A stretch of DNA of 56,738 nucleotides from a virus (taxonomy: Duplodnaviria > Caudoviricetes): IMG/VR virus record IMGVR_UViG_3300020733_000003, positions 1 through 56,738 of that record, one strand, 5' to 3'. The translations under genes and the position numbers were made by a program. This document shows positions 14,519 through 23,582 of this stretch, piece after piece. A model generated the notes under the pieces. It made no database searches. It saw only the letters and a program-made list of their open reading frames with translations, and was not told the origin of the DNA. Each line of letters begins with the position of its first letter. The first letter of the stretch is position 1.

Positions 14519-16153
14519 ATGGGTCTTAAGACCACCGACATAGAAAAGCTTGTCACGGACTCGTACAAGCTTGAGGATCGATCGCATCTGCTACCGCTGT
14601 GGAAGGCTCCATACGATCAGGACACGCCAGAGACAGCCTATCGGTTCGTTACGGAGTGCTGTTGGACCTACAACGAGGCTGACGGTCCTATGGAGCTTAT
14701 CCCTGCGAACGAGTATGTCCGTAGGCTTTGCTACGAGTGGTGGGAGTGCAGGAAGACTGGCCGAACACTGATCATCGAAAAGTCGAGGCGACTTGTTGTC
14801 TCTTGGATCTTGCGAGGACTAGAACTTTGGTCGCTTGGCCTCAAGCGAGGCAAACACACAATCGTCGGATTGACTTATCCGAAGGCCGCTGAACACGTCT
14901 GGCGTATTTGGCATCTTTGGGAACAGCTTTGCATTCACTTGCGCTGGCACAAAATTGACGATGCCCAGCACCATGGCGGCAACCCAATGAGCCAGAAGCT
15001 TGACGATGTCATTCTTCCCAACGGAAGTATCGTCGAGAAGATCAACCAAGATGGTGGCTCTTTACAGGGATCTGGCTACTCTGGGGTCACTCATGAAGAG
15101 TTCTCACTGTACAACCTGCCTGCGGCAATGTACAGCCAGTCGAGGTTTGTTACCCAAGGCGCTCCCGGCAATGTTGGTGGCTTTGTCGTCATCGTCACCA
15201 ACTCGGCCCCTAACCCTGAATGGCAAGAAAGAAAGCAGGAAGCGGGTGGGGTAGCTGGGCTTGATGGCAGGATGCCGCACATTAAGGCTCGGCAGATACT
15301 TGGCCTCGATGAGTGCGGAAAGACATCACTACTAATGCAAGGTATGGCCGCAGTCGACACTCGGGCTGGCGACCGATATATTGCACTTCATTACTCTGCC
15401 GACCCACAGAAAGACGGCGCATGGGTGTCCCGAGAAAAGCGAGGACACGGGATGCGCGAATGGGATCAGCAGATGGAGATGATCGAGGAAATCTTCAATG
15501 GGGAGCCTGTCTACAAAGATTATTCGGAGGCAAGACACTCTCCAAAGCTCGTCAGAGAGAAAGGCGTCCCGATCATTAAAGGATCGGTTTACATCGGAGG
15601 CTGGGATATTGGGCTTCAGCCAGCGTTTGTCTTGCTACAGGTGACACCGATCTACCAGATCCAAGCTATCCTAGAAGTAGTATCGATGGGCGGCGAACCC
15701 ATGGAAGCATTTGCTCCTAGAGTTCTCAGGGCAATCAAGGAGCGAATACCGGGACGGTGGGACGAGATTTACCACGGCGCTGACGCAACTGTCATCAATC
15801 GAACTGCGACCACAGGTGATACGGTTCAAAAGGTAGCCCGAGCATTTAACCTCTATTTGCGACCACAGACCAACAATCTTCAGGTCCGACTGTCCAATGT
15901 CACTTGGGCGCTGGTAGACGAGATTGAGGAGCGAACTCCTCGTCTGATTGTGGACCCAATAAACTGTCCAACCCTTGCTACAGGATTTCGAGGAGCCTAC
16001 AAATATGAAGACAACCCAAGGGGAGACTCCACTGGACCGGGTAGAATAACTAACTTACCGTTAAAAAATGGTTACAGTCATATTCATGACGCCTTCCAGT
16101 ATTCGATTACGATAGCAAGGAAATTCTGTGAAGGTAAACTGCGGCTACGATAA
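14519..16153 (+). CDS. terL: Terminase large subunit
   Basis: Walker A-like LIIEKSRRLVVSW, Walker B-like VTHEE, nuclease GGWDIG, and C-terminal SHIHDAFQY. Confidence 0.92.
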   Translation: MGLKTTDIEKLVTDSYKLEDRSHLLPLWKAPYDQDTPETAYRFVTECCWTYNEADGPMELIPANEYVRRLCYEWWECRKTGRTLIIEKSRRLVVSWILRGLELWSLGLKRGKHTIVGLTYPKAAEHVWRIWHLWEQLCIHLRWHKIDDAQHHGGNPMSQKLDDVILPNGSIVEKINQDGGSLQGSGYSGVTHEEFSLYNLPAAMYSQSRFVTQGAPGNVGGFVVIVTNSAPNPEWQERKQEAGGVAGLDGRMPHIKARQILGLDECGKTSLLMQGMAAVDTRAGDRYIALHYSADPQKDGAWVSREKRGHGMREWDQQMEMIEEIFNGEPVYKDYSEARHSPKLVREKGVPIIKGSVYIGGWDIGLQPAFVLLQVTPIYQIQAILEVVSMGGEPMEAFAPRVLRAIKERIPGRWDEIYHGADATVINRTATTGDTVQKVARAFNLYLRPQTNNLQVRLSNVTWALVDEIEERTPRLIVDPINCPTLATGFRGAYKYEDNPRGDSTGPGRITNLPLKNGYSHIHDAFQYSITIARKFCEGKLRLR

Positions 16154-16177
16154 CATGTTATCATTTAGGCACAACCC

Positions 16178-16465
16178 ATGAAGAACGATTCAACTGTCAA
16201 GTTACTAGTGGCGCAGGGGCATACGGCCATCTTGACTGATAAGGACAAGCATTTGATCGCGGCCACTATTATGTCGACACAGCAGACGATCATCGACAAA
16301 TTGGCCGAATGTGTCGCCAATGTAAACAAATTGTCTGAGGCAAAGGAAGGAGAAGACGTTGATCCAGCAAAGGCTGAGATTTTTTCGCTGACAACGGCTT
16401 CATTGACAGCGTTTACGAAAGCCATGGAAATCATGAACACCGTCATGCAGGAGAACCCACTATGA
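16178..16465 (+). CDS. Hypothetical protein
   Basis: 95 aa; helical; ATGA coupling. Confidence 0.7.
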   Translation: MKNDSTVKLLVAQGHTAILTDKDKHLIAATIMSTQQTIIDKLAECVANVNKLSEAKEGEDVDPAKAEIFSLTTASLTAFTKAMEIMNTVMQENPL

Positions 16466-16653
16466 ATTTTGCAGATGCTTGGGGGCAGATGCTCCAGCTA
16501 GGGAGGAAAGTGCGTCGACCTAGTTGGGATGGCGATCGGTTTTGGCTAGTAAAGGGCAAGGATCTTTACGAATCCATCGGCGGCAAGGAAACCTTTAAGC
16601 AAAAGGTCAACACCGAGGACACATTTGCCGATGATTTCGAGGTGGTTGAGTAG
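16462..16653 (+). CDS. DUF2829-like protein (Tad2-like family)
   Basis: MNFADA...GRKVRRPSW...EDTFADDFEVVE matches the family pattern. Confidence 0.7.
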   Translation: MNFADAWGQMLQLGRKVRRPSWDGDRFWLVKGKDLYESIGGKETFKQKVNTEDTFADDFEVVE

Positions 16654-17363
16654 TGGTTACCGATTCGGTAAAAGTCAGGCTTCCAAATGATATCAGTCAC
16701 AACATCGATATTAAGGCGGCTTCCGAAGCAATCGCGGTCGTCGGCAACCGAGTTGTGGTCGAGATGCTTCCAGTTGACAAGCCCACTACGCTCCTACTTC
16801 CAGACAACCTAATCAACTTCTGGCGAGGTTGCGTCGGTGTAGTAATTCAGTCTCCCAATTTCGTGGTTAAAGCCAAAGGAAAGCTGATCGAACCTCCCAT
16901 GGTTGGCGATCTTGTCATTGTTCACCCACAAGATGGAGTGCATATCGACAATGCCGAAATGGGCAAGTACAAAACGTCGAATCAAATCCGAGTTTACGGA
17001 GCTTATGCAGAGTACGTCGGTGAGCCGATTGCCTGCGACTGGTGGGAATCAATTATGGCAAGCATTGACACAAACATGAATCTAAGGGCTTACGGTAACA
17101 AGAGCATCTTCAAGAAGGACAAGGCGGTCGGCGTTTCGGATAACGGAATCTTCCTCCCTGATGGCCATCACCAGCGAAATGAAATGGCAATTATTGTGTC
17201 AAGGGGGCCATTGGCCGATCCAGATGCAAAAGTGGGCGACAGAGTATCGTACAATCCACATTACATAGAACGCGACGGCGTTGATCTCGGCACAGGAGTT
17301 TCGAACTTCGACTACTTCATCGCCAGCGATCTAGCAATCAATTACGTCGTTACTGAGGATTGA
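16653..17363 (+). CDS. Protein with two GroES/Cpn10-like domains
   Basis: VGNRVVVE...LLLPD...GVVI...VGDLVIV and AYGNKSIF...GIFLPD...AIIVSRGP...KVGDRVSY. Confidence 0.75.
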   Translation: MVTDSVKVRLPNDISHNIDIKAASEAIAVVGNRVVVEMLPVDKPTTLLLPDNLINFWRGCVGVVIQSPNFVVKAKGKLIEPPMVGDLVIVHPQDGVHIDNAEMGKYKTSNQIRVYGAYAEYVGEPIACDWWESIMASIDTNMNLRAYGNKSIFKKDKAVGVSDNGIFLPDGHHQRNEMAIIVSRGPLADPDAKVGDRVSYNPHYIERDGVDLGTGVSNFDYFIASDLAINYVVTED

Positions 17364-19027
17364 CATTGAAAGACGAAACCCCCAAGAAAATAAAGCTGAC
17401 CGACAAAGGGCTGGTTGATATCCCAGAGCTTGAGGAGCGAAACAAGTTAGCCCTCAAGATCAAACTGGATATTGACGCAGGTATTGAGACCCAAGGCTCA
17501 ATGGGAACTTGGTGGTTGGAGGCCGAACGAGCCTATCTTAACGAGGCTCCTTCGGTGCAGAGTCAGCTTGATCAGGGGCCAAACGATCCCGGTTATCAGG
17601 TCTTTACGATGCCATTGACTCAAACCCGAGTCGATATGCTTTCTGCACAGGTCACGACTGTTGTCACCAAGCAAGATCCGTTGATGACGGATATCAGTGA
17701 CGATGAAGATGTTGCCGAGAAGAGGCAGAAAACACTGCATCGCGTCTGGATGGATGGAAAGTTCCCTGTCGCAGTATCCAAGGTCGCCAATATGTGTGGT
17801 GTCAAGGACATTGGTATCTACCGGATAACTCCGGGCCTTGTGCCGGGGTCCGTCAAGATCGACGCAATCGACCCGCAGGACTGGACAATTTTCCCTGCAA
17901 CCCCAGAAGGAATACAGGCGACGGCTTGTGTTGGTCACAGAACCAACCACCGTCGCATTGTTGTCCAGAGCAAGCAAAAGACTGGCGAGTATTACGAGAC
18001 GGAAGATTTGCCAGAATCTACTCAGGCTGACCACGATGACGACCACGAACAGGTTCACACCAGAAGCGAACTCAGTACAGCTTCTCCAGACAAGAACAAC
18101 CAGTTGATCGAGATTTGGGATGTTGTCGTTCGATTGGATCTGGAAGAGACAGGCAACGAGCAGTTGTACCGAGCCAGCGTTGATTATGAAGGCTGTCAAC
18201 TTCTAAGCCTGCAACCTTACAAGTTTAGCTACATCTGGTATTTCCGGTCGTATTACATCGGCTCCAGCAAGTATTTTTACTCGGGTTCCAGTGTCGCTCG
18301 AAATCTCGATCCCTGCCAGACGGCGAAGAACAACTTGTTCAGCGCCTTCTACGGTGGATCCATGTCGGCGGCTATGCCAAAGACCTTTGGCCCTCCTCTG
18401 GAAAGCGGAGAGAAGTTTACAAAAGCTGGTTACGGCGACTACATTCCGACGGAAGGTGGGCAGACTCCATTTACGCCGGGTGGTCAGTTTAGCGGCCAAG
18501 CATTTCCCCCAATGCTCCAAATCGTTGAGCGAGATGCTGACATGGTCAGCAGGGTAAGCCAGAACACTCAGGGCGCTCAGGCTACAGGACAGACTACGGC
18601 AACCGAGCAAAGTATTATTGCCGCTGGCGTTGCGGTCGGTCTTGAGATGTTTATTGCCAACTTCACCTCTGAGTTTCCAGAAATGGCGGCTCACACCATG
18701 GAGTTGATTGCCGACGACTACGAAGCATTTGAGCAGAGATTTGGAACGATTTACCCAGACCCAACCCCAGAAGAATTGGAAGCACAGCGGCAGGACACGT
18801 TGCAGAAGCTACTTGGCCAAGCAGTTGGGCAACCGCCAATGCCAGATCAAATGCCATCTCCTGACATGAATAGTGGCATGATGCCACAGCATATGCCTCC
18901 GATCGATCAGGGGCAACCTGTTTCTCCGATCCCCGGAGTGCATGGGCCTACTGATGCCGTTGGATTGCCGCTTGATCTGGGACAAGGTGGATCGCTAATC
19001 ACAGGCGCTCCAAGCCACATACTTTAA
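17360..19027 (+). CDS. Portal protein, N-terminal and main part
   Basis: Position after terminase; size; features IDPQDWTIFP, YSGSSVARNLDPCQ..KN, TTATE; Pro/Gln-rich end. Confidence 0.8.
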   Translation: MTLKDETPKKIKLTDKGLVDIPELEERNKLALKIKLDIDAGIETQGSMGTWWLEAERAYLNEAPSVQSQLDQGPNDPGYQVFTMPLTQTRVDMLSAQVTTVVTKQDPLMTDISDDEDVAEKRQKTLHRVWMDGKFPVAVSKVANMCGVKDIGIYRITPGLVPGSVKIDAIDPQDWTIFPATPEGIQATACVGHRTNHRRIVVQSKQKTGEYYETEDLPESTQADHDDDHEQVHTRSELSTASPDKNNQLIEIWDVVVRLDLEETGNEQLYRASVDYEGCQLLSLQPYKFSYIWYFRSYYIGSSKYFYSGSSVARNLDPCQTAKNNLFSAFYGGSMSAAMPKTFGPPLESGEKFTKAGYGDYIPTEGGQTPFTPGGQFSGQAFPPMLQIVERDADMVSRVSQNTQGAQATGQTTATEQSIIAAGVAVGLEMFIANFTSEFPEMAAHTMELIADDYEAFEQRFGTIYPDPTPEELEAQRQDTLQKLLGQAVGQPPMPDQMPSPDMNSGMMPQHMPPIDQGQPVSPIPGVHGPTDAVGLPLDLGQGGSLITGAPSHIL

Positions 19028-19030
19028 GCC

Positions 19031-19477
19031 ATGAGAAAGTTCGATATCACTAAGGCACAGCTTCTTGACCATACGATGTGGGTTCCAACGGGTAAGTCCC
19101 CCGGTAATACCCCGCAGGCAAAGCTACAGACGGCGCAGTTGCTCATGCAAATGGCGGCAAACCCTGCGACGGGGATCGATGCCCATGAGCTTGCCACTGT
19201 AGTCATTCAAAACGGAGCTTTGGCTAACGCCACCAATATTCAAATCCCCAAGGAGCAGATGCAAGCAAATGCGGCGATGGCACAACAACAGCAAATCCAG
19301 AGCGCAGGTAGCGGACCTCTTCCAGATCAAGCAATGGCTGGAAGCCCCGGAGGGCCAGTTGCTCCTCAGCCTATTCCAAATGGAGTTGGAGGGGGCGCTC
19401 CAACGCCTCAGTCGGGTGGACCTGCACCAATCCCCGAACCTCGCATCCCAAGAGCAGGGGAAAATCCAGTGGCTTGA
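19031..19477 (+). CDS. Probable portal C-terminal part, in frame with the upstream ORF
   Basis: Separated only by TAA-GCC; TPQAKLQ..QLLMQ..ANPA.GID..EL resembles podoviral portal C-termini. Confidence 0.6.
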   Translation: MRKFDITKAQLLDHTMWVPTGKSPGNTPQAKLQTAQLLMQMAANPATGIDAHELATVVIQNGALANATNIQIPKEQMQANAAMAQQQQIQSAGSGPLPDQAMAGSPGGPVAPQPIPNGVGGGAPTPQSGGPAPIPEPRIPRAGENPVA

Positions 19478-19580
19478 GAAAGTCATGGACGCAACAGATT
19501 TGTACGATAAACTAAAGGAGCATCATAGAACGTTATGCGAAAACAGCATCAAACAGCAACCATCCCGACGGACTCGGTAG
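19269..19580 (+). CDS. Overlapping small head-module protein (Bbp19-like position and pattern)
   Basis: Amphipathic IKQWLEAPEGQLLL...ASQEQGKIQWLEKV; lies between portal and scaffold. Confidence 0.6.
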   Translation: MRRWHNNSKSRAQVADLFQIKQWLEAPEGQLLLSLFQMELEGALQRLSRVDLHQSPNLASQEQGKIQWLEKVMDATDLYDKLKEHHRTLCENSIKQQPSRRTR

Positions 19581-20326
19581 AGGAAGAATCCACATTGATG
19601 GAAGTTCCTCCCGATTGGACGGGTGAAGAGCCTCTGGTGGACGATGAGCCAGATGGACAGGAACAGGAGCCAGTAGCTCCTCCTATCGACATTGAAGCGA
19701 TCAAGGCTGAGGCTAAGGCTGAAGCGATCAAGGCAGTCGAACTGCGACAGCAGGAAGAGTGGCAACGACAGCAGGCCCAATTGCAATGGCAACAGGCCCA
19801 GCAGTACCAAAACCCAAGTTTCCAACAGCAGTATCAACAAGCTCCGGTTCAATCTAACCAGTACGAGCAACTTGAGCAGAGAATCTTTGCTGGAGATGCG
19901 GCTGGCGCTTTGCGGGATTTGGCAAGCCAGATCCGAGAGGAGGTGCGCCGGGAAGTGCTTGGCGAGGTCAATCAGCGAGTATCCCCGTTGGCAGTTGATC
20001 GAGTCGTGGATGAGATCGCGGGAGATTTTGGGAAGGAAGCTAAGAATCAGATCCGCGAACTGATCCGAACCACAGATACATCAACGCTGACTCCGCAGGG
20101 TAAAGATATTCTTCGACGACTTGCCCGAGACTACGATCGAGAGGCGCAGGAAAAGGTTACCGCTACACAAAAGCGAATGAGACCTGAGCCAGTAGGTCTT
20201 TCTCCTACACGTTTGCAAGTCGACAAGACAGATTTCGATCGCGTTAACAGTGAGCGACGTAGCATTGGGCTACCCCCAATTAATGCTACACAGTACCAGC
20301 AACTCTTGAAAGAGGTTAATCGTTAA
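19535..20326 (+). CDS. Putative scaffolding protein
   Basis: Acidic N-terminus, Gln-rich coil, position before the capsid genes. Confidence 0.7.
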   Translation: MRKQHQTATIPTDSVEEESTLMEVPPDWTGEEPLVDDEPDGQEQEPVAPPIDIEAIKAEAKAEAIKAVELRQQEEWQRQQAQLQWQQAQQYQNPSFQQQYQQAPVQSNQYEQLEQRIFAGDAAGALRDLASQIREEVRREVLGEVNQRVSPLAVDRVVDEIAGDFGKEAKNQIRELIRTTDTSTLTPQGKDILRRLARDYDREAQEKVTATQKRMRPEPVGLSPTRLQVDKTDFDRVNSERRSIGLPPINATQYQQLLKEVNR

Positions 20327-20718
20327 TGGCAACCAGCAAAACAGTTGAAAGCGGAACACGCAATCCCCGCTCTGGAGGAGTTGAATTCCTTCCAGATCGG
20401 CACTACCTAAAGGTTCAGCGGGATGTTGCGGCTTTGCAATATGAAAGTCCGCTTGAGAAGTTTCTTGACGAACCATCTATTGTAAATCCAGCAGAACCGA
20501 TGTATCGTGAAGAGATAACCGATGCAAAGGTTACGGGTTCTCGACAGATGGTAATGATTTCTTGTTCAAAGGCTGACTACGAAGCGGCACAAAGACGTTA
20601 CGACGCCGAGGCTGAACGTCGTCAACAAGCAATGAACAAGAAAATTGGGCCGCACGGACAAATTCAAGAAGAAGAAGACTCCTTTGTGCGCTCACGTCAT
20701 GCTATATTATCTGATTAG
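20326..20718 (+). CDS. Hypothetical head-module protein
   Basis: TAATG coupling; 130 aa. Confidence 0.7.
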   Translation: MATSKTVESGTRNPRSGGVEFLPDRHYLKVQRDVAALQYESPLEKFLDEPSIVNPAEPMYREEITDAKVTGSRQMVMISCSKADYEAAQRRYDAEAERRQQAMNKKIGPHGQIQEEEDSFVRSRHAILSD

Positions 20719-20785
20719 GGACAACAATTGAATAAGGGCGGCTCGTAGGCGAGGGCTTGCTACTACTTCGTGAGGAAAAACAAAA

Positions 20786-21481
20786 GTGGCAAACATTCGT
20801 GCATTAGGTATTAGAGCGCCCGGTGGCGACTACAAGATGGCAACCTATCCCGTGGCGTCGGGTCAAACCTTCGTCGCGGGAGATTTCGTAACTCTTAACT
20901 CCAGCGGTCAGTTGATTGCCTTGGCTACTGTAGCGAACACATCGGTCGCCGCAGGCACTGCTGTATTTAAGACTCAGACAGGATCGACAACAGCAGGCTT
21001 CACCGGGAACATGATCCTTGGCCAAGCACTGTCCCCAGCATTGGATTCTACGCTCAGTACGTTGAACGCTAGTGTTCCAGTTGCTCTTGCACTTGAAGAT
21101 GTAGAGTTTTTGCTCCCCGGATTCAGTGCCTCACTGACATCCAGCACAAGTGCCGCTACGTTTATCGGTCAAAACTACGGTGGAATTGTTACCTCTGGTG
21201 GTTTCCCTGCGGTGAACCTTGACTACACAGTCGGCTCAAGCAATGCAAACCAGACTCCAAACACTTCGTACCCAGTTGCAACGATCGGCAATTATCTTGC
21301 CTACATCTACACAAATGGTGGTACGGCGGCTGTTGGTAACAACATCTTCTTCCGTGTAACAGACTTGTCGCCGCAGGACTATACGGCTTGGCCTAACTCG
21401 GCGTCCAATCCTTTCGCAAATTATGGCTACGTTTATGCAAGCGTAATCGCATCAGCTTCGCTCGCTACGGCGGCAAGGTAA
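20786..21481 (+). CDS. Putative capsid decoration/stabilisation protein
   Basis: Pattern YPVASGQTFVAGDFVTL...ILG; directly upstream of the major capsid gene. Confidence 0.6.
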   Translation: MANIRALGIRAPGGDYKMATYPVASGQTFVAGDFVTLNSSGQLIALATVANTSVAAGTAVFKTQTGSTTAGFTGNMILGQALSPALDSTLSTLNASVPVALALEDVEFLLPGFSASLTSSTSAATFIGQNYGGIVTSGGFPAVNLDYTVGSSNANQTPNTSYPVATIGNYLAYIYTNGGTAAVGNNIFFRVTDLSPQDYTAWPNSASNPFANYGYVYASVIASASLATAAR

Positions 21482-21498
21482 TAGGTAGGTAAAGAACA

Positions 21499-22422
21499 AT
21501 GGCAATGCTCGTTGACTCCCTCAGTATCGCCCGTAAGAACATCAACGATTTGTTCTTTATCGAGGCCGAGAAGATCGACCCCCAGTACAAGGATGTTGTT
21601 GGCAAGATCCGGTACACGACTCAGGCTTTTGAGCAATACAAACAGCTTAAGCCGTTGTCCCCGGCAGTAGCCACCCCAGAAGGTGACGAAGCGGTCGAGG
21701 ACGACTGGACTCCGCTGTTTATCAACAACTTCTATCCGATCCTCTATACCAAGATGATCCGATACTCAGAGTTGTTCGACTTCACCAACCAGTACAAGGA
21801 CATGATCTCCAAGCAGGATCAGTTTGCTCTTGCGTTCATGAACGCTCGAAACCAAGCTGGCGCTAACTTGGACAATCTTGGCTTCACTTCGACGACCTAC
21901 GGAATGAACAACGAGTCTCTGTACTCGGCATCTCACTCCATGGGTGGTTCGACTGGTGCAAACATTCCGGTGGTCCCCGGCACGACTACTCCGTTGAATC
22001 TTGCATTTGGCCCACTCGCTCTTGAGCAGGCTATGTACGAGATCCGACGCCAGAAATCGCCTACTGGCCAGCCAATGATGCTCACGGGCAAGCTTCTGCT
22101 CAAAGTTCCACCGGAACTGGAAGGCGTAGCCAACCGTGTCGTCAACTCGATGAACCTTCAAGGTACGAACAACAACGACACCAACGATTGGATCCGACGC
22201 CGAGTCGAAGTAGCAGTCATCGACTACTACACCTCCGCGACGGCTTGGTTCCTCCGAATGGTGGACTCCGCATTCCACAAGTTGTTCTGCTTGAATCAGT
22301 TGCCTTACAAGTGTGATCAGCTTGCCATGGACAGCGCCATGACCTATAAGTGGGTCTGCCGCGAGTCCTACATCTTTGGATGGGAAGACTGGCACGGCAC
22401 TTGGGCAACCGCTGGTCGATAA
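21499..22422 (+). CDS. Major capsid protein (HK97 fold)
   Basis: 307 aa; ESLYSASH, LEQA..EIRRQK...G, LKVPPELE..A, YYTSATAWFL, FGWEDWHG; followed by a terminator. Confidence 0.85.
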   Translation: MAMLVDSLSIARKNINDLFFIEAEKIDPQYKDVVGKIRYTTQAFEQYKQLKPLSPAVATPEGDEAVEDDWTPLFINNFYPILYTKMIRYSELFDFTNQYKDMISKQDQFALAFMNARNQAGANLDNLGFTSTTYGMNNESLYSASHSMGGSTGANIPVVPGTTTPLNLAFGPLALEQAMYEIRRQKSPTGQPMMLTGKLLLKVPPELEGVANRVVNSMNLQGTNNNDTNDWIRRRVEVAVIDYYTSATAWFLRMVDSAFHKLFCLNQLPYKCDQLAMDSAMTYKWVCRESYIFGWEDWHGTWATAGR

Positions 22423-22429
22423 GCACTAT

Positions 22430-22463
22430 CGGGGGCGGCTCACACCGCTCCCGGTTTTAATTT
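22430..22463 (+). terminator. Intrinsic terminator after the major capsid gene
   Basis: CGGGGGCGG/CCGCTCCCG stem followed by GTTTTAATTT. Confidence 0.75.
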
Positions 22464-22477
22464 AAGAGGAAAAAGAA

Positions 22478-23518
22478 ATGCCCGGAGAATCTACACTCGT
22501 TTTACAAACCCGAAAGACGTTTGTGCCGTACACCCCGTTAGGACGCAAAGTCATTTGGGAAACCACGAACACTGACAGTGGCTCACCCATGGCTGGTGGG
22601 TTTCAAGGTGTCACTGGATCAATTCAGGGATCGTCTATTATCCCTGACGTCACCTATAACCAGACAGCTTCCGTCTTAATGGAAGGAGCAGCAGGTTGCC
22701 CTAGCTCATGCTTGCCCTATCTTGAGCGCATTAGCGCAGCAGTGAACGGCAACACCGCTTGGGCTACGTCATCTACTGGCCTCGCTGGAATTGCAATCGA
22801 GGATACTAATTCAGATCCCTTGCTCTATATTCCAATGAGCGCATTGGTCGTAAATGGCAAGGTCGCAAAGCCAGCCCCGCAGGTTTATGTTGGTCCGCAG
22901 GCTACTGTCGCATCCAGCGGATATAACACATCCACTGGCGTAATGACGTTTGCTGCAAACTCTTTCCCGTCCGCATCAAATGCTTTGGCAAACATTCCGG
23001 GCGTTATTATCGCTGGAACAGGTCAAGGCCAGACATTCTATGTCTCGGCATCGAGCGCAACGTCTTTGACTCCAGTTGGTGGCGCGGCGGCTTTCCCGAC
23101 GGCTTTGGATAATACCAGCGTGGTTCAGCTTGCATATTGGCCAGCGGCTGGTGGTTCAATTGGCACCCCAACTGCCCCAACAGTGACGTCCACAAACTGT
23201 AGCTCAATTCCGACGAACTTGGGTTATGTGGTCTTGGTCGTTGCTGGTCCGGGCGCAGGGCAGTACGGAACGATTGTTTCCAACAGTGCTGGAACGATCA
23301 CTCTGGCGACGACCTCTCCTTGGACGACGGCAACTACGTCGGCTTCGGTCTTCATTGTCACTAACTCGGTAGCCAACCTTGGGGCGGTCGATCTCTCAAT
23401 TGCTTACCAGTGGCCTTCAGCCCAGCTTAATACTGGCTTGCAAGCGACGGTCAAGGGAACGATGACTGGAGGCTCTCCTGCCCGAATCATGTGGCAGGGA
23501 TACTACGCTTACCAGTAG
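22478..23518 (+). CDS. Virion structural protein with two internal beta-repeat inserts
   Basis: Ala/Thr/Gly/Ser-rich; two similar units IIAGTGQGQ and VVAGPGAGQ; the same unit recurs in the 982-aa protein (VQSGTGLGQ). Confidence 0.7.
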   Translation: MPGESTLVLQTRKTFVPYTPLGRKVIWETTNTDSGSPMAGGFQGVTGSIQGSSIIPDVTYNQTASVLMEGAAGCPSSCLPYLERISAAVNGNTAWATSSTGLAGIAIEDTNSDPLLYIPMSALVVNGKVAKPAPQVYVGPQATVASSGYNTSTGVMTFAANSFPSASNALANIPGVIIAGTGQGQTFYVSASSATSLTPVGGAAAFPTALDNTSVVQLAYWPAAGGSIGTPTAPTVTSTNCSSIPTNLGYVVLVVAGPGAGQYGTIVSNSAGTITLATTSPWTTATTSASVFIVTNSVANLGAVDLSIAYQWPSAQLNTGLQATVKGTMTGGSPARIMWQGYYAYQ

Positions 23519-23540
23519 GAATTCCTAACTGGTGTAATAT

Positions 23541-23579
23541 TGGCTCAGGGTATTGACTTATCCTGAGCCATAATTATTT
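23541..23579 (+). terminator. Probable terminator hairpin
   Basis: 12-bp stem TGGCTCAGGGTA/TATCCTGAGCCA with an AT-rich tail. Confidence 0.55.
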
Positions 23580-23582
23580 GGG

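Noticed and set aside
19025-19027. Genome-wide stop-codon reassignment
   Set aside because: TAA, TAG and TGA all end well-defined genes, long genes are intact in the standard code, and no suppressor tRNA is seen.
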